The translations under genes were made by a program, and so were the position numbers. A stretch of 64,000 nt of DNA from a bacterium (GTDB lineage: Bacteria; SM23-31), in the NCBI GenBank assembly GCA_965249485.1, contig OZ252239.1, positions 192,001-256,000 of the forward strand. The letters are read 5' to 3'. The notes under the pieces are model-generated. The model searched no databases and was not told the origin of the DNA. It worked only from the letters and a program-made list of their open reading frames with translations. How positions within the stretch are numbered: position 1 is the first letter of the stretch; the number at the start of each line of letters is the position of its first letter. Shown one piece after another: positions 1 to 11,216 of the stretch.

Positions 1-155
1 AGCCAGCTGGCATTCTCCATAACGTGAGAATTTTCAAATGCTTCTTCCATGATCTTATCCACAACATCCCAGTAGACCGGTTCCTGTGCATGTCCGGAAG
101 ATACTCCTAAAAACAGCATAAATAAACCGAACATAAAAACATGCTTTGCTTTCAT
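1..155 (-). CDS. M28-family peptidase paralog, N-terminal part only (runs off the window edge)
   Basis: ATG at 155 with AGGAGGT RBS; translates MKAKHVFMFGLFMLFLGVSSGHAQEPVYWDVVDKIMEEAFENSHVMENASWL, identical to the start of the gene at 9319-10908. Confidence 0.8.
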   Translation of the reverse strand, partial: MKAKHVFMFGLFMLFLGVSSGHAQEPVYWDVVDKIMEEAFENSHVMENASW

Positions 156-208
156 AATACACCTCCTGAAAAAGTTTAATCTGATATTCCCTATATCAAT
201 CTTCTGAA
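1..208. repeat. 208-bp exact direct repeat, copy 1 (may extend beyond the window)
   Basis: Base-for-base identical to 10754-10961. Confidence 0.9.
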
Positions 209-268
209 GAGAATAACGTTTTATAATCTATACAAGATAACATAAAGTCTCCCAGTCAGGCACTATAG

Positions 269-1705
269 TTACTTAACAACATGCCACTTGACATTTGCTC
301 TACTAAGATAGTCAAATCCATTATCTGTAAACATTCCGAGTTGTTCGATCCCAAATGACAAACCGTTTTCACCCCATCCCGGAACAGCAAAAGTAAAATT
401 CGGTTCGTGCGAATAGAGCGTATTATAATGGAGTGTGAGAGCAGGGGAAAGAAGGGGGTGCTGCATGTACCCGGTACCTATTCCCACAACGTACGTCCCC
501 CGGGAAAACTGTAAATCATTCACAGTAAACCGCCTTATAAAATTTGGCGGGGGATGAAAACCGAATCTGGCTCTGATTATACGCGAATCAGGCGGCATAA
601 TCTTATTACCGGCGTCACGGATCTCTTGTGCGGTTCGGCCTGCTACATATGCTTTTCTGTATGCATCCAGCATCTCGTTCATAAGCCGCAACACTTCTTT
701 CAAATCTTCTGGAACATCTGTCTCATCCTCCTGGAGTACATACGCAAACTGTTGAGAATCGGTTTCAAGACCGAGCAGCATGATATCAGAATCTAAACCA
801 ACAATGTCACCGCGTCTGATAATTACATTGTCGCCACGGGTCCTCCCATTTCGAAAATATTCAGAAGAGTCATCATATTCGGCGATCTTCGACGGCCTTC
901 TCCAGATGTCTACACCTGGATTGTTATCTATATCTAAATGAAGATCACGATACCTGTGCCGTATCCACCAATTCACGTCATCGGTTGTCGTATGGTTGGG
1001 TATGATCACCTTGTTTGAAAAGGCTTCAGCAATAACGTCATTTTGGACTCCCTGGACATAACGGTACATACTAATTTGCTTCGGGCCCATAATTGTAAGC
1101 CATAGAATACCAAGTTCCCACGAATCAACAGTACGGGAAGCATATTTACTTCCCAGAGCCTGCTGCATTTCATCACCCGTTACTATAGTTAATTGTGATG
1201 TGTCGCCAAAATTTCGTCGTCGAATATAGAGGTTCTTTATGCTGATTGCGATCTTTTTGGGATCCCGTTCCCGTACCAATCGGGTTATATGATCATAATT
1301 CTCCGGCTCAACATATTCAATTTCAGTACCCGTATCGTAAAAAAGGAGGAATTCGGGCAATCCGGATAGTTTACCCTGATAGTTACTCGGAAATACCTGT
1401 CCCTCATGGTTTGCCGGAAGTAATGATGTGTAAACCGGATGTTCCCTATACGACGTCTGCCGGTAAAGCGGTTCTTCATCATTTCGGATGATCCACATGT
1501 CCACTCCTCGTTCACGCATTATCATCGGAAGTACGTTCTCTTTTTTCCAGTCCCAAAACTTTTGCATGATCCGGACACGTTCCCGCATCGGGATAAAATT
1601 TGCCGCATCATCGCCCGAGCCCGATTTAGGTACCTGAGCAAAAGAACCGCTGACCGTTACAAGGAAAAACACTAATACTATCCATAAAAAGCATTTCGTC
1701 TTCAT
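269..1705 (-). CDS. Secreted M24-like (Xaa-Pro aminopeptidase-like) metallopeptidase
   Basis: Signal peptide; GDIVGLDSD...ETDSQQFAYVL segment and later H/E/E residues matching the M24 metal-ligand pattern. Confidence 0.65.
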   Translation of the reverse strand: MKTKCFLWIVLVFFLVTVSGSFAQVPKSGSGDDAANFIPMRERVRIMQKFWDWKKENVLPMIMRERGVDMWIIRNDEEPLYRQTSYREHPVYTSLLPANHEGQVFPSNYQGKLSGLPEFLLFYDTGTEIEYVEPENYDHITRLVRERDPKKIAISIKNLYIRRRNFGDTSQLTIVTGDEMQQALGSKYASRTVDSWELGILWLTIMGPKQISMYRYVQGVQNDVIAEAFSNKVIIPNHTTTDDVNWWIRHRYRDLHLDIDNNPGVDIWRRPSKIAEYDDSSEYFRNGRTRGDNVIIRRGDIVGLDSDIMLLGLETDSQQFAYVLQEDETDVPEDLKEVLRLMNEMLDAYRKAYVAGRTAQEIRDAGNKIMPPDSRIIRARFGFHPPPNFIRRFTVNDLQFSRGTYVVGIGTGYMQHPLLSPALTLHYNTLYSHEPNFTFAVPGWGENGLSFGIEQLGMFTDNGFDYLSRANVKWHVVK

Positions 1706-1965
1706 GGCATTTCTCCGTACTCTAATAGGATTAACAGTTCAAAGGATATTCCCATATCAATCTTCCACAATAGAATATATGAGAAATCCATTGATTATTG
1801 ATACTATGTTGACACGTAATTCTACTATGGCACCTGTTTCGAACCAGTCTTCATCTAAGCAGTTAATGATGTCATTAATGCGGGTTGTCAGAGCCTTTTA
1901 GACACCTCGGATTAAATAGTAAGAGACAAAATACACCACACTCTGAAATCTGTCGTTACCTGTCA

Positions 1966-3611
1966 TTACCACAATTTCTTTATCTCGTCGTCATAACCGG
2001 TCATCTCCCACCTTGTGAGCGACATGGGAATCATTCCGGCTGCCAGAAACTCATCGATAAACTCCTTGAGGTTAAAATCATCTCCCAGCTGCATCGCCCG
2101 ATCAGTGAATAGCTTCATGAATTGGGCCGTACCGACAACAGAACCTGCTGTATGCCAACCCGGAGAACGCAGGTTTGTTTGCTGTTCATACCACACGTTT
2201 CTATCATCTTCATGTGTCCAGCCATTCGGCATTAACTCGGCATTCAACCGTCTTGCCTCTGTATAGGTTATCTCGTTGCTGTGCATTTTTAGATCAGGAA
2301 GTGCAAGAGCCATGTGCGAAGCGTTCATGAGATGTTGAACTTCTCTTCCCCTTCGTGGTCGATTATCAAGAACTCCTGCCTCCATTAACAGTTCTTCAAG
2401 ACTGCATGCCCATCCCTCATCACGAATGAAACCCATATTGTACAGGCGTCGTACCCCGCGGATCGGACGGTCATCACGCTCTAACCTCCGGTTGTCGAAA
2501 AGATGGCCGATAAACTCATGAGTCTCACCAGGAAGTACTTCGTGCTCCCGTGCTCTTGTGTCGATGGTAGGTGGTGATGGCCGAGGCCCTCTCGGTTCAT
2601 TCGGATCGCTGTAGTCTGAGGCATGGAGCCAGTCAGGGACTGTTAAAATTTCTTCTTCACGAAGAAAATCAAGAACAAAATTAAGAGCTATATCAAGACG
2701 ACGGTAATATTCCTCATCGGTATCTGCCACCTCAAGCTCGGGAAGATTACGGTTTCTGTTTTCCTCTAATTTCAAAAAGGTCACCACTCGATTGTATTTG
2801 TGCTCTACGATGGTACGGCATTCTTCCCATGTGTAGGGAAAGAGATGAACGTTTTTCAGCCACCAGTTGTAGTTCTCTATACCAATACCGGCAGGGGCCG
2901 TCATCTGGCTCTTGTTATCCTCGAGCCAATTTCCATAGTTTACTACTGCATCTGCGGCCCTTTCCGCATCGGGAACCAGTTCCGGGTGATGTTCTGCAAG
3001 CTGTGACGCAAGGTTGTGGTAGATGGATGCCTCTCTCTCATAATAATAAATGGCAAGCATCGCGAGATCCCCGGGAACATCTCTTAGATTTCCTCGGGCC
3101 TGCGCATAAATTTCCGGAATTGCCTGTAATTTCTTTTTAAAGTCCTGCAAGCGGTCTTCGGACAAAGGGAGTCTGGGGCGCCTGAGACCAGATAAACCGG
3201 TCATCCTGAATACAGAACCACCCTGGCCAGGAAGATAAAAGAGGGGATCACGGGACCAGGGACGGAGTACCCGGTGAAAGAAATCGAGCCCGTTCATCTC
3301 AGCACGGACCAAATGGTAATCGACCTGCTGTGAGACCGGCCACTCTTGTATATCAATCGCAGCCAGACGTCTTTGAAATGTCTTTAAACCACGATTCTGC
3401 TCTTCCATAGCGGCAGCCGTGTAATCAGGCACACCGTTAATGATCATTATCTGCTGAAATTCACGAAATTCGTTAAACAGGCTGACAAGATTGTCATAAT
3501 CGCTGCTTCCCGACACCTCGGCTTCTTCGCCCTTCGGAGCACAGAAGCAAATGCGACTACCGTAAAAAATACGAATGTGATAGCAAAACGGTTTTGTTTA
3601 AGTTTAAACAT
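1966..3611 (-). pseudogene. DUF885-like lipoprotein, frameshifted in the signal peptide (real lesion or sequencing indel)
   Basis: ORF 1966-3516 has HE..GH and EGWA motifs; an ATG at 3611 with an RBS encodes a signal peptide one base out of frame with FC-APKGEEAEVSGSSDYD. Confidence 0.65.
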
Positions 3612-3872
3612 AATATGAACTCCCTTTCGCTTGATTATTATGAACTAATCCTTGATAACTATTATTATAAAAAAATGATGAATTCAAATCCTAGACTTTT
3701 CCAATAATTCCTGCGCAAATCCTACCAATAGTATCTATAAACTCCACCATAAGCGGATCTTCAAACACCTTATGATTCGCATTGACCACCCGAACCATTT
3801 GTCCACATTGAATTGATCTCTGATAATTGATACCTATATCCTTAATGCTGCTTGGGATTAATAATTACCTTA

Positions 3873-5462
3873 TTACCACGGCAAAGGAGCGACTCGTGGG
3901 AGTTTTTCATCACGCATTGCCACATGATAGACAAACGCTGCAAGGATGACTACATTGGTCATCGTGTTTTCAGGAACAAGACGGTCAAACATATCCATGT
4001 TAGTATGAGCATTCGTTTCCATATCTAATCTATCCTGATAAAAATAAAAGCCCGGCAGCCCAACTTCAGCATACGCATCATGGTAGCCCATATTACCACC
4101 GATAGACATTCCGCCCGGAATCAGATGTGTCATTCCCAGGCTATGTAACGGTTTCATCCACTCGGTAAAAATTGACCGAATCTCTTCATTGCCCATGACA
4201 GAAACAGCCCGTATCTTACCGGTACCATGATCCGCATTAAAGTATGCAGATAGATTATGATAATCCTTTCTGTATTCCTTTGTCGTCGGATCGGCAAAGT
4301 TTTTCCGGACATGACCTCGGTTACCTGCTAATCCTGCTCCATCATGTCCACCCCAAAGACCCATCCGAACAGTCCGACGGGGTTGAAGGCCTAATTTTTT
4401 AAAAATGCGTGCAACCTCCATTGCAGTCGCTGCACCGACTGCGTTATCAGTCGCACCGGTACCCACAGGTACAGATTGAAGATGACCGCCGAATACAACA
4501 ATTTCATGCGCCAGATCAGTGCCCGGAATTTCAGCAACAACATTATGGTCATTCGGATCAACTCTGAAAAAGTTTGTTTTGATTTCGATCTCCATTTCGA
4601 CCGGAATGTCCTTATTCAATATTCGAATGATCCGGTTATATTGTTCAACTGCCACAACAAGCTCCGTAGGCTGGGGGGGAGCACCCTCTTTCCACAGTCC
4701 TGATGCTCTATCGTATCTGTTGACTGCAACGGTTCCGAAGTCATGTCGGCCGTCCGGGTGTGCAATTGCAGCAGCACCTTCGGCAAATACAAAATCGATA
4801 ATCTGCTGGCTCGTAAGTCTGCTTTCACTGGGATTGGGTCTCGACCGCTCCTGTCGGCGCAAATACAAATCCAAAACTGAGACTTTGGGAGCTATTGGAA
4901 TTATCGCCATCTCGTCAAGCTGCTCTTCCGTGAATTTCGTCGCAATAGGTTCAAAATGGGGTGAGAGTTTCTGTTCTGGCTTTATGAAAATGATAGCATT
5001 TCGTAGTTTTCCCCGGTATTGCCTCAGGTCTGCTTCTGTAGCGAGTTCGTCAAAATTCATATAAATAGCATGTGCCCGGATCTTTCCATCTGTTCCGGAT
5101 GACCATGGTGCGGGATAGGCAATAACCGGCATATATTGGGGAGCCATCATGTGTACCGATGTGTATCCAATATTCCAACCGGCACCGAATTCATACGGTT
5201 CAAGCCTGGCATTTGTGAGGCCATATTTCTTGAGCCGGTCTCTCGCCCATTCTGCAGCAGCACGATACGATGGCGTCTTTACATTTCGCGGCCCAAATAC
5301 ATCTGCCAGCCAACTGACATTCTCCATGACCTGGGAATTTTCAAACGCCTCTTCCATGATCTCCTCAACAACTTCCCAGTAGATCGGTTCCTGTGCCGGT
5401 GCAGAAGAAACAAGCACAATCAATATCAGTAAACCAACCATACAAATACATTTAGCTTTCAT
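3873..5462 (-). CDS. Secreted M28-family peptidase homolog with atypical active site
   Basis: Signal peptide; NVVAEIPG, GHLQS, GATDNA, PRRTVR, WGGHD, YFNAD and HTNMD motifs. Confidence 0.85.
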   Translation of the reverse strand: MKAKCICMVGLLILIVLVSSAPAQEPIYWEVVEEIMEEAFENSQVMENVSWLADVFGPRNVKTPSYRAAAEWARDRLKKYGLTNARLEPYEFGAGWNIGYTSVHMMAPQYMPVIAYPAPWSSGTDGKIRAHAIYMNFDELATEADLRQYRGKLRNAIIFIKPEQKLSPHFEPIATKFTEEQLDEMAIIPIAPKVSVLDLYLRRQERSRPNPSESRLTSQQIIDFVFAEGAAAIAHPDGRHDFGTVAVNRYDRASGLWKEGAPPQPTELVVAVEQYNRIIRILNKDIPVEMEIEIKTNFFRVDPNDHNVVAEIPGTDLAHEIVVFGGHLQSVPVGTGATDNAVGAATAMEVARIFKKLGLQPRRTVRMGLWGGHDGAGLAGNRGHVRKNFADPTTKEYRKDYHNLSAYFNADHGTGKIRAVSVMGNEEIRSIFTEWMKPLHSLGMTHLIPGGMSIGGNMGYHDAYAEVGLPGFYFYQDRLDMETNAHTNMDMFDRLVPENTMTNVVILAAFVYHVAMRDEKLPRVAPLPW

Positions 5463-5646
5463 TGTGTAGCTCCTGATAAAAGTTTACGTTGTCAAAACAA
5501 TTTAGATACTATTATATAAATCGTAAGGTATGCATATCGTTTTTATAAGTGATTTCTGCTCTTCGGGTTGTACGATTTTCGAACCATTAGATTTGCATTG
5601 AGCCGTTATTGATTGTACATTGTCAGAACAATGATAATAGAAATCA

Positions 5647-8391
5647 TTAATCATACCAGTGGTCCTGAAGAATAACCGCCTTTCGTGTCAATTCCCGACC
5701 GTTAACGGTGAGGGCAATGGTATACTCACCAGGTCGAACCGGAACAGCAATGATATTTGGACCTCCGCCAGACGCACGATTGTAAGAAACACTATCATAA
5801 TCATGTGAGATTTCTTCTTGATCCACATAAAAATTACGTTGATTCCGGCCCCGTTGCCATTGGGCAATTTCATCTTCAGATCGTTCTCTCAATTTTGACA
5901 TATTCCATTCCACACTATTTATACCCTGATAGTTTGTACCTGTTATTTCGTTAATCACTCTTGTACCCTGGTAAATACTTATTTTCACTTCGCCATTTAC
6001 CTTGGTTTTCAAATAATAGTTAACCACTATGCCATAGGGCTCATTCGGTCCGGCAAAGTTTTGCGCACTGACAACTTTTTGGCTTGGGATCACCCATTGT
6101 ACTTTTGGTTCGATATTAAATAGATGAATATCTTGTTCAAGGATACTCCCGGTTAATTCCTGTAAAGGAGAAATATCGGTAATGAAAAACCCTCTACCGT
6201 GCGTTCCTACCACAATGTCGTTCTCGCGAGGATGAATGACGAGGTCATGTACCGGTTGAGTCGGCATTTTGTTTTTCATTTTTGTCCAGTTCTTGCCGCC
6301 GTCAATAGTAACGTAAACAGCTTTATCGGTTCCTAAAAAGAGCAGATTTGGGTTTTTACGGTCTTCTCTAATAACGTTAACCGGTTCATTTGGTAGGCTA
6401 TTTACTATGGATGTCCATGTTTTTCCAAAATCTGTGGTTCTATACACAAATGGCCTGAAATCATCTCTCCGGCGTCCCGTGTATGTAACGTAGGCAGTCC
6501 CTGCTTCATGATGCGAAGCGATGACCCTGCTTACCCAGTATCTTGGATTGCCGATTATACGATCATTCAGTTTTATCCATGTTTTGCCGCTGTCTCTAGT
6601 AAGTTGAACATTACCATCATCGGTGCCTACCCAAAGAACCCCTTGCGTTACCGGAGACTCGTCAATCGTTGTAATTGTGCAGTAATGAGCGTTGTCAAAG
6701 TCTCCAATTTTAACCGGATCATTCGTCGTGAGATCGGGGCTTACCTCTGTCCATTTTTCACCCCTGAAATCGGAGCGAAGCAGGATATTTGCACCGTGAT
6801 AAATGACATTACTATTATGCGGCGAGATCAGGATAGGGGAGTTCCAGTTGAATCGAAGGCTGCGGTCTTTTGCTAAATAAGCAAACAATTCGCCTCCTTT
6901 ATACCGTATTCTCTTACTGCTCCCGGTCTTTTGATCTCTTCTCTGAATATTGCCCCATTGAGACTCGTTATACAACCAACGGCTATCAGTAGGATCTACC
7001 AGATTGTAAGACCCATCCCCACCGCCAACTTCCTCTCCCAATCTTCGAACCGAATGGGAGTGGCGCCTTTCTTTGTGCTCGGCCCCTTCCATGATCCATT
7101 ATCCTGTGTCCCTCCATAAACATTGTAAGGGTAGTCCATATCTACACCAATGGCATTCAACTGGGCCAAAGGAAGGTTGTCGGGATGGTACCAATTTTCA
7201 CCGTCATCGTATGTAATTGCAAATCCATGATCATTGCCCAAAAGTACATGGCCGGAATCGTGCGGATCAATCCATAATGCATGATAATCACTTTCATACA
7301 TCAAGCCCAATCCCCATGATTTTCCACCATCAGTAGATTCTTGTATGCTTCTTCTAATCACATGAATGCGATTCTCATCATTCGGATCAATTCTAATCTG
7401 ACCATAGTAAGAACCACCACCAATGATCTCTCCTGCCGGACTAACCTGCCTCCATGCAGCACCTGCATTATCAGTGCGGAATACTTTGCTGATATTTGTA
7501 TTGTCAAATCTTCCGCGACGATGTGTGCCATCGGATAGTATAGCATAGAGGATGTCAGGATTTTTGGAGAAAATAGCGAGGCCGATTCTTCCTGTTTTAT
7601 CTGCCGGTAAACCATTTTGGAGTCTTGTCCATGATTTGCCGCTATTTTGTAGTCTTGTAAATTCCACTACCCATTCCACTTTGAATGTATTTCCATGGTC
7701 TTCGTGTTCTGTCCCAGCTTGCCGCAAAGAGTGTATTAGAGTCTTGAGGATCCATTACCACGTCTACCACACCAACATTGTTATCATCAATTGTCACCTC
7801 AAGTGCCCTGGTCCATGATTTACCGCCATCAATTGTTTTATACAATCCCCGTTCCTGATTTTCAGAATAAAAGTGACCGAGGGCGGCAACATATACAATA
7901 TTGGGATTTTTCGGATGGATGATAATGCGGCCGATATGAAAAGAATCCTTTAATCCCATATTTTTCCATGTTATCCCTCCATCGGTAGATTTGTACACAC
8001 CATCACCCCGGTATGGGATCCCGGGGTCACTACTACTGCCATTGGGTTCACCGGTGCCTACCCAGACTGTGTTTGGATCAGATTGGGATACCGCAATGTC
8101 ACCAATAGATATTACATTCTCATTATCAAATACAGGCTCAAAAGAATGACCGTTATTAATAGTTTTCCACAATCCACCTGTTGCTGTTGCGACATAAAAA
8201 GTATACGGTTCCTGTACGGGCACGGCAAAATCGACTACTCTGCCGCCTTGACGAGTCGGGCCGATCGAGCGGTAATTGAAGTGTTTTAAAAAATCTTGAG
8301 AAAGCTGCTGTCCAAAAATATCAGAAGCGACTAAGAGGTAATATGGTAACACTACAATGGCAAAAAGTTGGATTATTTTTTTAAGTGTCAA
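5647..8391 (-). pseudogene. VPS10/BNR (Asp-box) beta-propeller protein split by two frameshifts
   Basis: Three overlapping ORFs (7642-8391, 6996-7727, 5647-7092) with repeated S/T-x-D-G-G-x-T/S-W boxes; frame changes at about 7646 (T4 run) and about 7035. Confidence 0.8.
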
Positions 8392-8613
8392 AGCTCATAC
8401 TCCCGAGGTTACATTTAGATGGGAAAAAGTGCCGGTCGTCAAAACAAGTCAGACACTTATGGATAAATTCAAAGGTATTCTTTGATCTTTCACAAGTGTT
8501 TATTGCACATCCTCTAATAATAGTTATTAATTCAATGACGTGACATACTCATCAAGACTCGTTTGACTACTGCTACATTCCCTTTTTTGTAATTTTTTAA
8601 AAATTTCTCGAAT

Positions 8614-9057
8614 CTATTTTTCTGATAGTGACAATGTTGTCTTATATCGTATTTTTACGGATATGGCTAAATGGTAAATGTCTGAGTTTTTACCATAATC
8701 GAAAAGGAGCCTTTCGATAAAATACGCCAGGTAAATGCGTCCTGTCTCCTCGCCCATGTGCATGTTACCGTCCATCCACATTGCCGGTTTCGATTCGCCG
8801 TGTCCTGTGGTTTCGTTTGTTATCTCTATCACCATCATCTCTCGCCCCGCACCGGTTTTTCCGAGGATGTGGGTGCGGGCGATCTTCGGGTACTTCCGAG
8901 CCAGTTCTTGAAGACGAGCGTTTACCTCAGCATGCAACGGGTAAGGCCAGCGGCCGAAATCAAATGAAAAGCCGAGAATCGGCTCCGAATGTAATTGGCC
9001 GAACACGTCCACAGAAACAAACTGCAACAATAAAACAAAAGTCATTAGGTAACGCAA
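8614..9057 (-). pseudogene. Truncated M14 zinc carboxypeptidase
   Basis: Signal peptide, LGKTGAGR and WMDGNMHMGE (HxxE) motifs; ends at 147 aa, before the NPDG and second zinc-ligand region. Confidence 0.7.
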
Positions 9058-9318
9058 TTGTAATCCTCCTTAAATTTCTTTAAAGAGACCTCCCGCCAGG
9101 AGGTTCAGCCTAGCGGGGAATTCTATGATTTTTTTATAATTTCAACAAAACAGTCTACCATTACTATTACCAATTGCACTTTTTTTGTCACAACCATAAA
9201 ACATAAAACTAATTATTACAAGTCATATCGGCGATATAAATTTCATAATGACCGCCAATCTTATACTCAACTCATTCATAATTAATAGCCACATCACCAT
9301 GTCGAAGGTACAATATGT

Positions 9319-10908
9319 TTATCGCCCTTTCCCAATGATATATCCTTCACGCCGATACCTGTCCCACGGCACGGGTGTAATACGGGGAAGTTTTTCATCG
9401 CGCATGGCAGCATGATACACAAAGGTTGCCATGACCACCGATGCCTGCATCATGTTTTCCGGAACAAGTCGATCATAGACATCCATATTGGAATGGTAGG
9501 CCCGTCTTTCCATTCTGTCCTTAATAAAATCAAAACCCGGTAGTCCGAGCTCAATGAATGCACGAGATTCGCCATTTGATACTTGTGGGATGATATGTGT
9601 CATCCCCAGGTTGTGCAGCGGCTTCATCCATTCGGTAAATATGGACCGAATCTCTTCATTTTCCATATTGTTAACACCCCGTATCTTTCCTTGCCCATCC
9701 ACATTAAAATACCCACAAAAGTTCGCATGTTCAGGTTTGTATTTCTGTGTCATCACGTCACCAAAGTGGTCATGTACGTAATTCCGGGAACCAAAATTGC
9801 CTATTTCGTGTCCACCCCAGAGAGCAACACGAATGGTGCGCCGGGGTCTGATCCCGATTGCCTTGAGGATGCGAACAGCTTCCATAGAAACAACTGCACC
9901 GAAAGCATCATCTGCCGCACCGGTACCTGCAGGATTAGCCTGAAGATGACCGCCTAACATAACTATTTCATGTGCCAGGTCTGTACCCAGAATCTCAGCA
10001 ACGACATTATGATCATTGGGATTGTCTCTGAAAAAGGTCATCTTGAGTTCAACTTCCATCTCAACAGGAATGTCTTTCTCCAAAATTCGCATGATCCGGT
10101 TATACTGTTCCGCAGCTATAACCAACTCTGTGTGAATAGGAGGAACATTATTTTCCCAAGGTCTCATTTCTGTTTCATATGCGGTATTCTCGACAGCAAC
10201 GGTTCCAAAATCATTCCGCCCGTCCGTGCGTACAATTGCCGCGGCACCCTCACCAAACACAAAATCGATAATCTCCTGCCTCGATATTCTGTCTTCACTG
10301 GGCATAGGTCTACTGCTCTCCACAGAGACCCGGGAACCAATGTGGATTTTCGCCATTTCATCGAGCTGCTCCTTCGTGTATCGCTCTGCCATTGGTTCGA
10401 AATGGGGTGTGATTTTCTGTTTCGGTCTCGTGAATATGATAGCTTTCCGTAACTTTCCCCGGTATTGTCTCAGATCCATCTCCGAAGTAATTTCATCAAA
10501 ATTGATGTAAATGACCTGCCCTCGGACCTTTCCATCGGTACCGGCTGACCAATTCGCAGGATACGCAATGATCGGCATATACTGAGGAGACATCATGTGG
10601 ACAGACGTATATTCATTCATGTAGCCGAATCCTAACTCGTATGGTTCCAGAGCAGCGTTCGAGAGACCATACTCTTCTAATTTCCCTTTAGCCCATTCTG
10701 CGGCGGCAATATATGAAGGCGTATTTACATTTCGCGGTCCAAAAACATCGCACAGCCAGCTGGCATTCTCCATAACGTGAGAATTTTCAAATGCTTCTTC
10801 CATGATCTTATCCACAACATCCCAGTAGACCGGTTCCTGTGCATGTCCGGAAGATACTCCTAAAAACAGCATAAATAAACCGAACATAAAAACATGCTTT
10901 GCTTTCAT
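9319..10908 (-). CDS. Secreted M28-family peptidase homolog with atypical active site
   Basis: Start moved to ATG 10908 (AGGAGGT RBS, signal peptide); GHLQA, GAADDA, WGGHE, YFNVD and YHSNMD motifs; clear paralog of 3873-5462. Confidence 0.85.
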   Translation of the reverse strand: MKAKHVFMFGLFMLFLGVSSGHAQEPVYWDVVDKIMEEAFENSHVMENASWLCDVFGPRNVNTPSYIAAAEWAKGKLEEYGLSNAALEPYELGFGYMNEYTSVHMMSPQYMPIIAYPANWSAGTDGKVRGQVIYINFDEITSEMDLRQYRGKLRKAIIFTRPKQKITPHFEPMAERYTKEQLDEMAKIHIGSRVSVESSRPMPSEDRISRQEIIDFVFGEGAAAIVRTDGRNDFGTVAVENTAYETEMRPWENNVPPIHTELVIAAEQYNRIMRILEKDIPVEMEVELKMTFFRDNPNDHNVVAEILGTDLAHEIVMLGGHLQANPAGTGAADDAFGAVVSMEAVRILKAIGIRPRRTIRVALWGGHEIGNFGSRNYVHDHFGDVMTQKYKPEHANFCGYFNVDGQGKIRGVNNMENEEIRSIFTEWMKPLHNLGMTHIIPQVSNGESRAFIELGLPGFDFIKDRMERRAYHSNMDVYDRLVPENMMQASVVMATFVYHAAMRDEKLPRITPVPWDRYRREGYIIGKGR

Positions 10909-10961
10909 AATACACCTCCTGAAAAAGTTTAATCTGATATTCCCTATATCAATCTTCTGAA
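10754..10961. repeat. 208-bp exact direct repeat, copy 2
   Basis: Identical to 1-208. Confidence 0.9.
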
Positions 10962-11044
10962 AAAGAAATTTGTACTTATTAAAATGCCTGATTACCGAAC
11001 GACATAACACTTATAACTCACAAGTGTAATGCGTTTCACTGGAT

Positions 11045-11080
11045 AAAAAATGCTCCGCCTGCCTATCTGAGACGGAGCAT
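11045..11080 (-). terminator. Intrinsic terminator after the SusD-like gene
   Basis: ATGCTCCG...CGGAGCAT stem followed by a T6 run on the minus strand. Confidence 0.65.
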
Positions 11081-11216
11081 CACTTTGACAACTTTCATAT
11101 TTTTGAGGAGAACAATATGAGTTGCGTCAGTTTTCACATCAAAGAAACTTAAAAATAACCACATCAATCCGTTGCTGCGAAATGCAGTATTCGAAATCAG
11201 TCAAATACGCAGGTAC

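Noticed and set aside
8538..8548. GACGTGACATA shared with about 21333, as a possible third att remnant
   Set aside because: Only 11 bp, with no core palindrome or arm repeats nearby
10909..11010. N-terminal extension of the 563-aa ORF
   Set aside because: The RBS and signal peptide point to ATG 10908
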